The translations under genes were made by a program, and so were the position numbers. From Actinomycetes bacterium (GTDB lineage: Bacteria > Actinomycetota > Acidimicrobiia > IMCC26256 > PALSA-555): a stretch of 64,000 nt of DNA. The stretch lies in NCBI GenBank assembly GCA_037142235.1, contig JBAXBB010000001.1, positions 7,784 through 71,783 of the forward strand, written 5' to 3'. A model generated the notes under the pieces. That model was not told the DNA's origin. It searched no databases and worked only from the letters and a program-made list of their open reading frames with translations. This document shows positions 1 through 7,857 of this stretch, piece by piece (positions within the stretch are counted from its first letter, which is position 1; each line of letters opens with the position of its first letter).

Positions 1-94
1 GGTTGATCGAGAGGAACGCCACGCAGTGCTCGTCGGACCACACGAAGTGGCCGGGGAGCTCGCCGTCGATGATGCGGGTGAAGATCGTGGGCAC
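1..94 (-). CDS. HIT (histidine triad) family protein, N-terminal part only (gene continues beyond window start)
   Basis: Minus-strand translation from GTG at 94 reads VPTIFTRIIDGELPGHFVWSDEHCVAFLSIN. This is a typical HIT/HinT N-terminus. It is absent from the ORF track because the frame is open-ended. TACGAT lies 6 nt upstream of the GTG. Confidence 0.6.
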   Translation of the reverse strand, partial: MPTIFTRIIDGELPGHFVWSDEHCVAFLSIN

Positions 95-100
95 GAGCGG

Positions 101-106
101 ATCGTA
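101..106 (-). promoter_or_regulatory. -10 box TACGAT, 6 nt before the GTG of the HIT gene (leaderless)
   Basis: Forward atcgta at 101-106 is TACGAT on the minus strand. Six nt follow (95-100), then the start codon at 94. Confidence 0.45.
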
Positions 107-142
107 ACCAAGGCCGGGCCGCGACGCTTGGCCCGACGCCGG

Positions 143-976
143 TCAGGCGTCGTCGGCCAGCAGCCGGGGAACGGCCCCGGCGATGGACTCCGGGGTCCAG
201 GCTCGGGTCTCGGGCTCGCCCTCGACGAAGCGGACCGTCCCGAGGGACCGACCCACGACCCGGAAGGTCCGGCCGGTCACGTCGCGAGCGAGGTCGGACG
301 CGAGGTAGACGACGACCGGTGCGACGAGGGCGGGGGCGAGGTCGTCGGGGCCGCCCTCGTCGTCGAGCATCCGCTGAGACATGCGCGTCCGGGCTACGGG
401 ACTGAGGGCGTTGACCCGGACCCCGAGTGGGGCGCCCTCGACCGCGGCGACCCGGGCGAATGCGTACACGCCGGCCTTGGCGCACGCGTACGCGGTGGTG
501 CCCGGCCAGCGCGGGTCGAGGCCCGCCCCTGAGGTGACCAGCACCACCGAACCGCCGCGCGTCATCGACGTGAACGCACCCTGGACGAGACCGATCGCGC
601 CGTGCAGGTGCACGGCCAGATGGGCGCTCACGTGCGCGGTGTCGAGGTCGACGATCGAGGACCGGTGGCTGAAGCCGGCGCTGTGGACGACGGTGTCGAT
701 CCGCCCGAATTCGGCGACGGCCCGTTCGACGAGTGCGCGACCGGCATCGATCGACGCGACGTCGGAGTGGTCGGCGACGGCCGTGCCACCGGCTGCTCGG
801 ATCTCGGCGACGACGGCGTCGGCGGACGACGGGCCTCGCCCGCCACCGTCGATCCCGGCCCCGAGATCGTTCACGACCACGCGCGCTCCCGCGGTTGCGA
901 GCGCGAGCGCGTAGGCGCGGCCGAGCCCGCCCCCTGCTCCGGTGACGAGGCCGACCGTGTCGTCGAGGTGTCCCAT
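143..976 (-). CDS. SDR family oxidoreductase
   Basis: From the internal ATG at 976 the protein reads MGHLDDTVGLVTGAGGGLGRAYA (TGxxxGxG), with HSAG and YACAK (YxxxK). A GAGGGA Shine-Dalgarno lies upstream. The ORF-track start at 1177 adds 67 non-homologous residues. Confidence 0.8.
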   Translation of the reverse strand: MGHLDDTVGLVTGAGGGLGRAYALALATAGARVVVNDLGAGIDGGGRGPSSADAVVAEIRAAGGTAVADHSDVASIDAGRALVERAVAEFGRIDTVVHSAGFSHRSSIVDLDTAHVSAHLAVHLHGAIGLVQGAFTSMTRGGSVVLVTSGAGLDPRWPGTTAYACAKAGVYAFARVAAVEGAPLGVRVNALSPVARTRMSQRMLDDEGGPDDLAPALVAPVVVYLASDLARDVTGRTFRVVGRSLGTVRFVEGEPETRAWTPESIAGAVPRLLADDA

Positions 977-1109
977 CCGTCCCTCTCGTCCCGGGTGCAC
1001 ATCGGACGTGTGGTGCACACGTCCGTCGGTCGCCGGATCTCGGCGAGTCGGGGGATAGCGTGCCACGACCGACCGTTCGGTGCGTCGGATCACGAGTGGA
1101 GGCCACACG

Positions 1110-1889
1110 GTGAGCGACGTCACGATCGAGCAGACCCGCCTGATGCATTCGGTCGCGGGCCGGGTGATCATCGTCACCGGCTCCGGTCAGGGTGTGGGTC
1201 GTGGGATGGCCCACCACCTCGCCAAGGCGGGGGCCTCGATCGTGGTGGCCGACTGGAACGCCGAGAAGATGGCCCGCACTACCGCCGAGGTGGAGTCGAT
1301 CGGGGTTCCCGCCCTCGGGGTGGAGTGCAACATCATGGAACGAGAGACCCTCGAGGCGATGGTCGCGGCCACGATCGACCGGTTCGGCCGGGTCGACGCG
1401 ATCATCAACAACGCGCAGACGTTCCGGGCGAACCAGCCGATGGCCACGGTGAGCACCGACGACGTGGAGACCTTCTACCGCTCGGGGGTGCTCGGCACGC
1501 TGTGGGCGATGCAGGCCGTCTATCCCCACATGAAGGCAGCCGGCTGGGGGCGGATCGTGAACTTCGCCTCTTCGATGGGGATCGTGGGCGGTGCCGGGTT
1601 CGGCGCCTACAACGCTTCGAAGGAGGCGATCCGGGCCCTCACCCGGACCGCGGCCCGGGAATGGGGCATCGACGGCATCGTCGTGAACGCCATCGCCCCG
1701 GCCGCCGCCCCGCCGCGCGCGGTGGGCAGCGAGCACTACGAGGAGTTCATGCGCACCTGCCCGATGGGTCGCAACGGTGATCCGGAGCTCGACGTCGGTG
1801 GGGTGGCCCACTACCTCTGCACCGACGGGTGCCGGTTCGTGACCGGACACACGTTCATGGTCGACGGCGGCAACTTCCTCTGGGCGTGA
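1110..1889 (+). CDS. SDR family oxidoreductase
   Basis: Motifs VTGSGQGVGRG, NNAQ and YNASKEA are present. GTG at 1110 is preceded by GGAGG (1098-1102). Starts at 1080 or 1143 are also possible. Confidence 0.8.
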   Translation: MSDVTIEQTRLMHSVAGRVIIVTGSGQGVGRGMAHHLAKAGASIVVADWNAEKMARTTAEVESIGVPALGVECNIMERETLEAMVAATIDRFGRVDAIINNAQTFRANQPMATVSTDDVETFYRSGVLGTLWAMQAVYPHMKAAGWGRIVNFASSMGIVGGAGFGAYNASKEAIRALTRTAAREWGIDGIVVNAIAPAAAPPRAVGSEHYEEFMRTCPMGRNGDPELDVGGVAHYLCTDGCRFVTGHTFMVDGGNFLWA

Positions 1890-2488
1890 ACGACGACCAC
1901 CCGCCTCGGGAGCGCCGCGGTGATGGCGCCGACTGGCGCGACCCGTGGCCGCCCGTCGGGGTGCGCAGCGACCCACCGTTGCCCTCGGTCGGCCTCGACG
2001 CACTCCGGGCTCAGGGCTACGTGGCGATCTTCGACGTGGATCCGATCGACGCGGACCGCGACGCCTGGCAGGACCACCTCAACAACGCCGCGATGGTCCG
2101 CATGTTCAACGAACTGCGGATGGCCTACAGCGCTCGTCATCTCGCGCCCGACTGGCCCCGGCACCTCCGTCGGAGTGGCGCCATGGTGGTGGTGCGGGAG
2201 CTCCACGTGCGCTACGACCGCGAAGGGTGGATGCACGAGCGGTTCGTGGGGGCGATGCGGGTCGCCGGGCGGCGCGGCCGGGCGGCGATCGTGGAGCAGG
2301 CGCTGGTGGAGGCGGAGTCCGGGGCGTCGTTGGCCGAGGCATGGCTGGTCCAGCTCCTGGTGGGGGCCGACGGCCGGGTGGCGGACTTCCCGGATCTCTA
2401 CTGGGACCGGGTGACCGAGGTGCAGGGAGGTCCGGTCCCGGTGTCTCACGACGACACGAGGATCCCCTGGGGTCCACCGGCCACCTGA
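1886..2488 (+). CDS. Hotdog-fold acyl-CoA thioesterase (4HBT-like)
   Basis: The segment YVAIFDVDPIDADRDAWQDHLNNAAMVRMFNELRMAY resembles the 4HBT/YbgC core. GTG at 1886 overlaps the upstream stop (GTGA). Confidence 0.5.
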   Translation: MNDDHPPRERRGDGADWRDPWPPVGVRSDPPLPSVGLDALRAQGYVAIFDVDPIDADRDAWQDHLNNAAMVRMFNELRMAYSARHLAPDWPRHLRRSGAMVVVRELHVRYDREGWMHERFVGAMRVAGRRGRAAIVEQALVEAESGASLAEAWLVQLLVGADGRVADFPDLYWDRVTEVQGGPVPVSHDDTRIPWGPPAT

Positions 2489-2531
2489 CGGTCGACGCGC
2501 CTACGATCTGGAAATCTCATTGCTGGCCGGA

Positions 2532-2550
2532 CTTCCCGGCCTCCGGGAAG
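2532..2550 (+). terminator. 8-bp stem / 3-nt loop hairpin (CTTCCCGG-cct-CCGGGAAG)
   Basis: Perfect inverted repeat 44 nt after the thioesterase stop and 11 nt before the DUF4236 start. There is no U-tract. It could be a terminator or a translation-control hairpin. Confidence 0.3.
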
Positions 2551-2560
2551 CGAGGGCCGA

Positions 2561-2800
2561 GTGGGCTTCCAGTACCGCAAGCGCATCCGCACGGGGAAGA
2601 ACAGCTGGGTCAACCTGTCGAAGAGCGGGGCGAGCGGCAGTTTCCGCGTCGGGCCGATGACGTTCAACAGTCGAGGCCGCCGGTCGGTCCGGCTGGGCAA
2701 GGGCATGTACTACCGCACGAGCGGCAGCGGCAGCGGGTGCGCGTTGATGGCCTGCGCCCTCGTGGTCGCCGGCCTGGTCGTCGTGGCGCTGGCGCTCTGA
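2561..2800 (+). CDS. DUF4236 domain protein with C-terminal TM helix
   Basis: MGFQYRKRIRTGKNSWVNLSKSGASGSFRVGP matches the DUF4236 signature as I recall it. The C-terminal tail CALMACALVVAGLVVVALAL is hydrophobic. Confidence 0.65.
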   Translation: MGFQYRKRIRTGKNSWVNLSKSGASGSFRVGPMTFNSRGRRSVRLGKGMYYRTSGSGSGCALMACALVVAGLVVVALAL

Positions 2801-2821
2801 GCCGGGCGCCGACGAGCGGGC

Positions 2822-3640
2822 TCAGGCACCGAGCGCCGCGAGCAGGCCGCCCACGTACTCGACCCCGCGGGTCGAGGCGCTGGCGTACCCCTCCTCCTCG
2901 ATCCTCGGGCCGATCATCTCGAGGTCGAAGACCCCGCCGTACCCGGCAGCGAGGAGCTGACCGACGATGCGTCGCATCGGGATGTCGCCGTCGCCGGGGA
3001 CGAGCCGGTTGGGGGTGCTGAGCGTTCCCGTGGCGAAATCGCTCAGCTGGACGATCCGGAGAGTGTCGGCTCCGTCGAGGAGGGTTGCCCCGAGGCCCCG
3101 TTCCGCCCAGCAGGCGTTGATCTCCATGCACACGCCGACGCCGAACTGCCGGGCGAAGTCGACGGCGTCGTGGAGCGAATGGAGGATGCCGATGTCGGTG
3201 CGGAGCGAGTTGGTGTGCTCGAGGGCGATCCGGATGCCGCGGGGGATCGCCTCTTCGACGATCAGGGCACCCATGGCCTCGCCGTAGGCGTCGCGGGCGT
3301 CTTCCCAGGTGAGCCCGCCTCCAGGTCCGGTGGTCATGATCAGGCACTCCGCGCCCAGGGCCTCGGCCGCGTCGAAGGTGTCGCGGACGCGGTCGAGCGG
3401 CTCGGACCAGGCGGAGGGATCGGCGAGGGGGATCGGGGCCAGGGCCACGAGATTGGTGACGCGGTAGCCACCGTCACGGATCCGGTCGACGTAGGGCCGC
3501 CACCCGCCGCACTCGGCGAACTTGCCCCACGACAGGCCGATGGCGGTCACACCCTCGCGGTCGAAGAAGTCGAGGTTCTCCTCGATGGTCCAGTTCCACT
3601 GCGACAAGGTGGACAGGGAGACGCGGGGATGGGTCTGCAT
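2822..3640 (-). CDS. Sugar phosphate isomerase/epimerase (xylose-isomerase-like TIM barrel)
   Basis: From ATG at 3640 the protein reads MQTHPRVSLSTLSQW...IALEHTN...CMEINACW...VQLSDF. The upstream part of the 421-aa ORF is Arg/Pro-rich and overlaps the next gene. Confidence 0.7.
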   Translation of the reverse strand: MQTHPRVSLSTLSQWNWTIEENLDFFDREGVTAIGLSWGKFAECGGWRPYVDRIRDGGYRVTNLVALAPIPLADPSAWSEPLDRVRDTFDAAEALGAECLIMTTGPGGGLTWEDARDAYGEAMGALIVEEAIPRGIRIALEHTNSLRTDIGILHSLHDAVDFARQFGVGVCMEINACWAERGLGATLLDGADTLRIVQLSDFATGTLSTPNRLVPGDGDIPMRRIVGQLLAAGYGGVFDLEMIGPRIEEEGYASASTRGVEYVGGLLAALGA

Positions 3641-3684
3641 CGGTGGCTCCGTTCCGATCGTCGGTCTCGGTCTCGGGGTCGTGA

Positions 3685-4494
3685 TCAGCCGAACGAGGAC
3701 GCGCGGCCGATGCTCGAGCCCCCGTCGAGTTGGAGGTTGATCCCGGTCAGGAACCCCGACTCGCGGCTCGCGAGGTACACCGCCGCGAACGCGGCGTCGC
3801 GGGCGTTGCCCAACCGGGTGAGGTGCATCGCCTCGAGCCGGGCGCGGCGGGCGTCGTCCATCTCGGCGTCGCGACGGTCGTTGATCACGTAGCCCGGGCT
3901 CAGGGTGTTGGCCCGGATGTCGTGGTCGGCGTACTCGACCGCGATCGCACGCGTGAGCGCGTTGAGCCCCCCCTTGCTCGCGGCGTAGGCGGCCAGGCCT
4001 GGGCTGGGGCGCTCGGCCTGGCGGGACGAGACGTTGACGATCGCGCCGTGCCCGGCGGTGAGCATGTGGGGCAGCGCCGCACGACACAGGAGCATCGGTG
4101 CGGTGAGGTTCACGAGGAAGGCCGATTCCCAGTGGGCGAGATCCATGTCGGCGACCCGGGAGTCGCGGCCGTTGGTCGCCCCGACGGCGTTGTTGACCAA
4201 GACGGTCAGTCCGCCCAGGGCGTCGACGGTCCGGGCGATCAGGGCGTCGACGGCCGCGGGGTCGGCGAGGTCGGCGGTGACGAACGTCGCGTCACCCCCG
4301 AGTGAACGGGCTTCGGCGGTGACCGCCTCGCCCCGGGTGGCGTCGCGTCCGTGGACCACGACCCGGGCACCCTCGGCGGCGAACTCGAGGGCGATGGCCC
4401 GACCGATCCCCGACGTGGAGCCGGTGATGAGCGCGAGCTCCCCGACCAGGCGCGGTCGGCGCTCGCCGGTGGGGTCGAGGCTGGGAAGGGTCAT
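3685..4494 (-). CDS. SDR family oxidoreductase
   Basis: Motifs ITGSTSGIGRAIA, NNAVG and YAASKGG are present. The start ATG at 4494 appears leaderless. Confidence 0.85.
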   Translation of the reverse strand: MTLPSLDPTGERRPRLVGELALITGSTSGIGRAIALEFAAEGARVVVHGRDATRGEAVTAEARSLGGDATFVTADLADPAAVDALIARTVDALGGLTVLVNNAVGATNGRDSRVADMDLAHWESAFLVNLTAPMLLCRAALPHMLTAGHGAIVNVSSRQAERPSPGLAAYAASKGGLNALTRAIAVEYADHDIRANTLSPGYVINDRRDAEMDDARRARLEAMHLTRLGNARDAAFAAVYLASRESGFLTGINLQLDGGSSIGRASSFG

Positions 4495-4500
4495 CCCCGG

Positions 4501-4506
4501 ACGCTA
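4501..4506 (-). promoter_or_regulatory. -10 box TAGCGT, 6 nt before the ATG at 4494 (leaderless)
   Basis: Forward acgcta at 4501-4506. Six nt follow (4495-4500), then the start codon. Confidence 0.45.
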
Positions 4507-4520
4507 GACCGGCGACGCGC

Positions 4521-5474
4521 TCAGTGCGTGTGCCCACCACCACCGTGGTCGTGATGGTCGTGATGGTCGTGATGACCGTGATGACCGTGATGACCGTGAT
4601 GGTGCACGTCGTCGTGGTCGTGCCGGGACCGGCCGGCGAGGCGTTGGCGCAGGCCGGTGAGGTTGGTGACCGCGAACACCGCCGCCGCCACGAGGACGAT
4701 CGAACCGCCCGGGGCCAGCCCCCATGCCCGGGCGGCGAAGAGGCCGACGACGACCGCGACGACACCCACCGCGGTCGAGATCACCATGGTCGACCGGAAC
4801 GAACGGGCCAGGACCCGGCCGCTGGCGACGGGGAGGACCATCAGCGCCGCGATGAGCAGGACGCCGACCACCCGCATCGCCGCGACGACGGTCACGGCGG
4901 TGAGGACGGCGACCGCGGAGTTCCCGAGGCGGACCGGGAGTCCGGCGACCCGGGCGGACTCCTCGTCGACCACCACCGCGAACAGCACGCGGCCCAAGAG
5001 CGTGAGCGTCGCGACGATGCCGAGCCCGAGGAGCGCGATCGTCACGACGTCGGAGGCGTCGATGGTCAGGATCGAACCGAAGAGGTAGGGGACGATGGCC
5101 GTTCCCCCACTACCCGCCCGGCCCGCGAGGACCACCCCGGCGGCGATGCCACCGTAGAACCACAACGCCAGGGCGAGGTCACCGGAGGTACGACCCCGCG
5201 AGCGGAGCGCCTCGATGGCCAGGGCGCCGGCCACCGCCGCGATCAGCGCGGTCCACAGCGGCCACACCTCGAGCAGGAGGCCGGCGGCCACCCCGGCGAA
5301 CGCCAGGTGCCCGATGCCGTCGCCCATCAGCGAGAGCCGTTGCTGCACGAGGAAGACGCCGATCAGGGGTGCGCACACACCGACGACGAGACCGGCCGCG
5401 AGGGCGTACTGCATGTAGTCGCGATCGAACGGCCACGGCAGGGGCAACGTGGCGAAGACTCCCATCGCGTGCAT
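4521..5474 (-). CDS. Metal ABC transporter permease (ABC-3 / ZnuB-MntB family) with His-rich C-terminal tail
   Basis: The protein reads MHAMGVFATLPLPWPFDRDYMQYAL...LSLMGDGIGHLAFAGVAAG and is polytopic. The tail is RSRHDHDDVHHHGHHGHHGHHDHHDHHDHGGGGHTH. The start overlaps the ATPase stop (TGATG). Confidence 0.85.
   Translation of the reverse strand: MHAMGVFATLPLPWPFDRDYMQYALAAGLVVGVCAPLIGVFLVQQRLSLMGDGIGHLAFAGVAAGLLLEVWPLWTALIAAVAGALAIEALRSRGRTSGDLALALWFYGGIAAGVVLAGRAGSGGTAIVPYLFGSILTIDASDVVTIALLGLGIVATLTLLGRVLFAVVVDEESARVAGLPVRLGNSAVAVLTAVTVVAAMRVVGVLLIAALMVLPVASGRVLARSFRSTMVISTAVGVVAVVVGLFAARAWGLAPGGSIVLVAAAVFAVTNLTGLRQRLAGRSRHDHDDVHHHGHHGHHGHHDHHDHHDHGGGGHTH
4545..4610 (-). repeat. In-frame 9-bp tandem repeat (GTGATGRYC, about 6 copies) encoding the (H/D/G)-rich tail
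   Basis: gtgatggtc appears twice, then gtgatgacc three times, then gtgatggtg. All lie inside the permease 3' end. Confidence 0.8.
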
Positions 5475-6232
5475 CACGGCGCCAGCTCCTCCAGCCAGCG
5501 GGGCAGGTCGTCGGCGTGCACACCCAGGCTGACGCCGGTCGCGGCGAGTTCGGCCGGTGGTCCGTCGAAGACGACGCGCTGTTTGAGGACGACGACGCGG
5601 TCGAGGTCGTCGGCGACCGCGCCCAACTCGTGGGAGACGAGGAGCACGGCGGTGTCGTGGTGCTCCACGAGGTGGAGCAGGCTGTCGCGAAAGAGCACCT
5701 GCGAGGCCCGGTCGACCCCCGCGATGGGCTCGTCGAGCACGAGGACCGCTGGTTCGCTCACGAGGGCCCGGGCGATCAGGACCCGTTGTTGTTGGCCGCC
5801 CGAGAGTCGGCCGACGGGTCGGCGGCGGAGGTCGCCGAGCGCGACGGCCTCGAGCGCGTGGTCGACCAGGGAGCGGTCGGCCCGGCCGGCGAAGCGCCAC
5901 CAGCCCCGGCGGGCCGTGCGGCCCGAGACGACCACCTCTTCCACGGTGGCGGGGAGGTCGAGGTCGAGGATCCGACGTTGGGGCACGTACCCGATGCGCC
6001 AACGGTCGCGCAGGGTGTTCGGGGCCGCGCCCAAGCACTCGACCCGGCCTGTGTGGGGCGGGAGGAGGCCGAGGAGCAGGCGCAGGAGGGTGGACTTCCC
6101 CGACCCGTTGGGACCCACCAGGGCGACGAACTCCCCAGCACCGATGGCGAGGTCGACGTGGTCGACGGCCCGGGTGTCGCCGTAGGAGTACGACACGTCG
6201 TGGGCGGCCAGCACGGGCGGGATCGAGGTCAC
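5474..6232 (-). CDS. Metal ABC transporter ATP-binding protein (ZnuC-like)
   Basis: Walker A GPNGSGKST, signature LSGGQQQR and Walker B VLVLDEP are present. The start is GTG at 6232. Confidence 0.9.
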   Translation of the reverse strand: MTSIPPVLAAHDVSYSYGDTRAVDHVDLAIGAGEFVALVGPNGSGKSTLLRLLLGLLPPHTGRVECLGAAPNTLRDRWRIGYVPQRRILDLDLPATVEEVVVSGRTARRGWWRFAGRADRSLVDHALEAVALGDLRRRPVGRLSGGQQQRVLIARALVSEPAVLVLDEPIAGVDRASQVLFRDSLLHLVEHHDTAVLLVSHELGAVADDLDRVVVLKQRVVFDGPPAELAATGVSLGVHADDLPRWLEELAP

Positions 6233-6238
6233 CCCCCC

Positions 6239-6244
6239 AGTCTA
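6239..6244 (-). promoter_or_regulatory. -10 box TAGACT, 6 nt before the GTG at 6232 (leaderless)
   Basis: Forward agtcta at 6239-6244. Six C residues follow (6233-6238), then the start codon. Confidence 0.45.
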
Positions 6245-6260
6245 TGAGACTGGTTCTCAT
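6244..6260. promoter_or_regulatory. Candidate Zur/Fur-family operator (ATGAGA-N5-TCTCAT)
   Basis: 17-bp AT-rich palindrome ATGAGACTGGTTCTCAT in a GC-rich background. It abuts the -10 of the metal ABC operon. The core TGAGACTGGTTCTCA matches 11 of 15 positions of the actinobacterial Zur box TGAAAATGATTTTCA as I recall it. Confidence 0.45.
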
Positions 6261-6330
6261 TCCTGCTCGGCTGGTTTCTTTCCCGGCACCATGGGTGTGC
6301 GAGATTGAGCTCCAGACAAAGGACAGACCG

Positions 6331-7857
6331 ATGGACGGCCAGCGACGCACGCGACGACGAGGAGCGGCGATGGCCGCGACGCTCGTGGGCGTCGTGGCGG
6401 TGCTGGGTGCCTTGGTCGTGCCCGTCAGGACGTCGGCCGGAGCGAGCCGGCTCCCGGCACTGGTGACCGACACGACCACTTCGGATCCCGGGGCGACGAC
6501 GACCTCGGATCCCGGGGCGACGACGACGGTGCTGCCCGCGACGACGGTGCTGCCCGCGACGACGACGGTGCTGCCCGCGACGACGACCTCGGATCCCGGG
6601 GCGACGACGACGGTGCTGCCCGCGACGACGACCACGACGCGCCCGCCGGCGACCACGACCACGAGGCCCACCGGCACGACCGTGCCGGCGATCAACTATT
6701 GGCCCGACGTCGCCCCGAAGCCGTTCGTCGGCTCGTCGTCTGCTCCCGGGGTCGGCGCCTTCGGCGACTCGCTGCTCGTCGACATCGCGAGCTCGCTCAC
6801 CACGGGCATCGTGAACCGTTCGTTCAAAGCCTCGGTCACGGCGATGCCCGGCTACGCCACCTACCGCACGCAGTACACCGCCGACCAGCTGGTCAAGGCG
6901 TCACCGCGGATCCTGGTGATCGCGACCGGAACGAACGACCTCCGTGACTGGTCGACGGGGTACCGGACCCTCGACCAGATCCGGACGAGCGTCCGCACCA
7001 TGCTCGACCACACCAAGACGGTCCCGTGCGTCGCGTGGATCGGCGTCAACACCACCAACGGGGTCTGGACGACCCCGGGCTCCATCGGTGACCACACGGT
7101 GGGGGGGCCCACGCTCAACTCCGTCATCACCGACGAGATCGCCCGCTCGGCGCGCGACAAGTCGCGACTGATCTACGGGGACTGGTCCGCCGCGTCCCAG
7201 GGCCACCTCGAGTACTTCAAGGCGCCCGGCGACCCCCACCTCAGTGCCACCGGAAGCGCCGCCTATCAGCAACTGATCCTCGACCAGGTCGACGCCTGCC
7301 AGCGCGCGCTCACGGGCCCCGACGGCCTCTACCCGGTCGTGGACCGGACGACGACGCAGCCCCGGCTCGACGTGCGCTCGTCGACCCTCGTCGCGACGGG
7401 CAACACCTACGCCTACTACGACCTCACCTCGGCATCGCAGGTCGTGATCAAGCCGGGAGATCGCCTGGTCTACGACGTCCAGTGGTTCACGAAGGCCGCT
7501 CGCATCGCCGTCGACCTGCTCACGACCACCTCCGAGAGCCTCCGGGATGCGGGCGCCTACGACCAGAACAACCTCAACGTCCATCCCAACACGCTCCTCG
7601 ACGCCTACGCCGGCGGTCAGTGGTACACGCGGTCGATCCTGCTCCCGGTGTCGTTCCAGAACCAGACGGTCAACCGCTTCCTGGTGGCGGTCGAGGCCGA
7701 CAACGTCAATGCGTACGGTGCCGTCCGCAACGTCCGGATCGAGTCCTCCGCCGGAGCCACCAAGTTCGTGATCTACGGATCGGGCGATCCGAAGCCGGCC
7801 CTCTACATCAATACGCAGGGCACCACCGCGCAGTTCATCCCGGTGGCGGCGGGCTAG
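6331..7857 (+). CDS. Secreted SGNH/GDSL hydrolase with Thr/Pro-rich repeat linker and unknown C-terminal beta-rich domain
   Basis: The signal-like N-terminus reads MDGQRRTRRRGAAMAATLVGVVAVLGALVVPVRTSAGA. SGNH blocks are GAFGDSL, ATGTNDL and GDPHLSATG (DxxH). AAGGA lies upstream of the ATG at 6331. Confidence 0.75.
   Translation: MDGQRRTRRRGAAMAATLVGVVAVLGALVVPVRTSAGASRLPALVTDTTTSDPGATTTSDPGATTTVLPATTVLPATTTVLPATTTSDPGATTTVLPATTTTTRPPATTTTRPTGTTVPAINYWPDVAPKPFVGSSSAPGVGAFGDSLLVDIASSLTTGIVNRSFKASVTAMPGYATYRTQYTADQLVKASPRILVIATGTNDLRDWSTGYRTLDQIRTSVRTMLDHTKTVPCVAWIGVNTTNGVWTTPGSIGDHTVGGPTLNSVITDEIARSARDKSRLIYGDWSAASQGHLEYFKAPGDPHLSATGSAAYQQLILDQVDACQRALTGPDGLYPVVDRTTTQPRLDVRSSTLVATGNTYAYYDLTSASQVVIKPGDRLVYDVQWFTKAARIAVDLLTTTSESLRDAGAYDQNNLNVHPNTLLDAYAGGQWYTRSILLPVSFQNQTVNRFLVAVEADNVNAYGAVRNVRIESSAGATKFVIYGSGDPKPALYINTQGTTAQFIPVAAG
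6472..6680 (+). repeat. Coding tandem repeats (TTSDPGA x3, TTVLPA x4, TTTRP x2)
   Basis: The units acctcggatcccggggcgacgacg and acggtgctgcccgcgacgacg recur in frame within the hydrolase linker. Confidence 0.85.

Noticed and set aside
1945-3021. 358-aa Arg/Gly/Pro-rich plus-strand ORF and similar ORFs (for example 9297..10415-, 25327..26220-, 50941..52053-)
   Set aside because: Composition is extreme (more than 20% Arg, with runs of RRR, GRR or PRP). They overlap supported genes in other frames and show no motifs. They are spurious high-GC ORFs.
4545-6680. Tandem repeats at 4545-4610 and 6472-6680 as a CRISPR array or non-coding satellite
   Set aside because: The repeats are contiguous with no unique spacers. 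Their units (9 bp and 21-24 bp) are in frame inside well-supported genes, where they encode His-rich and Thr-rich linkers.
4521-6695. 724-aa ORF read as a single protein
   Set aside because: Only the C-terminal 317 residues (from MHAMG at 5474) form the ABC-3 permease. The N-terminal part overlaps the ATPase gene in another frame and is antisense to the hydrolase gene. The Val/Gly/Ser repeats at its start are the reverse complement of the Thr-rich repeats.
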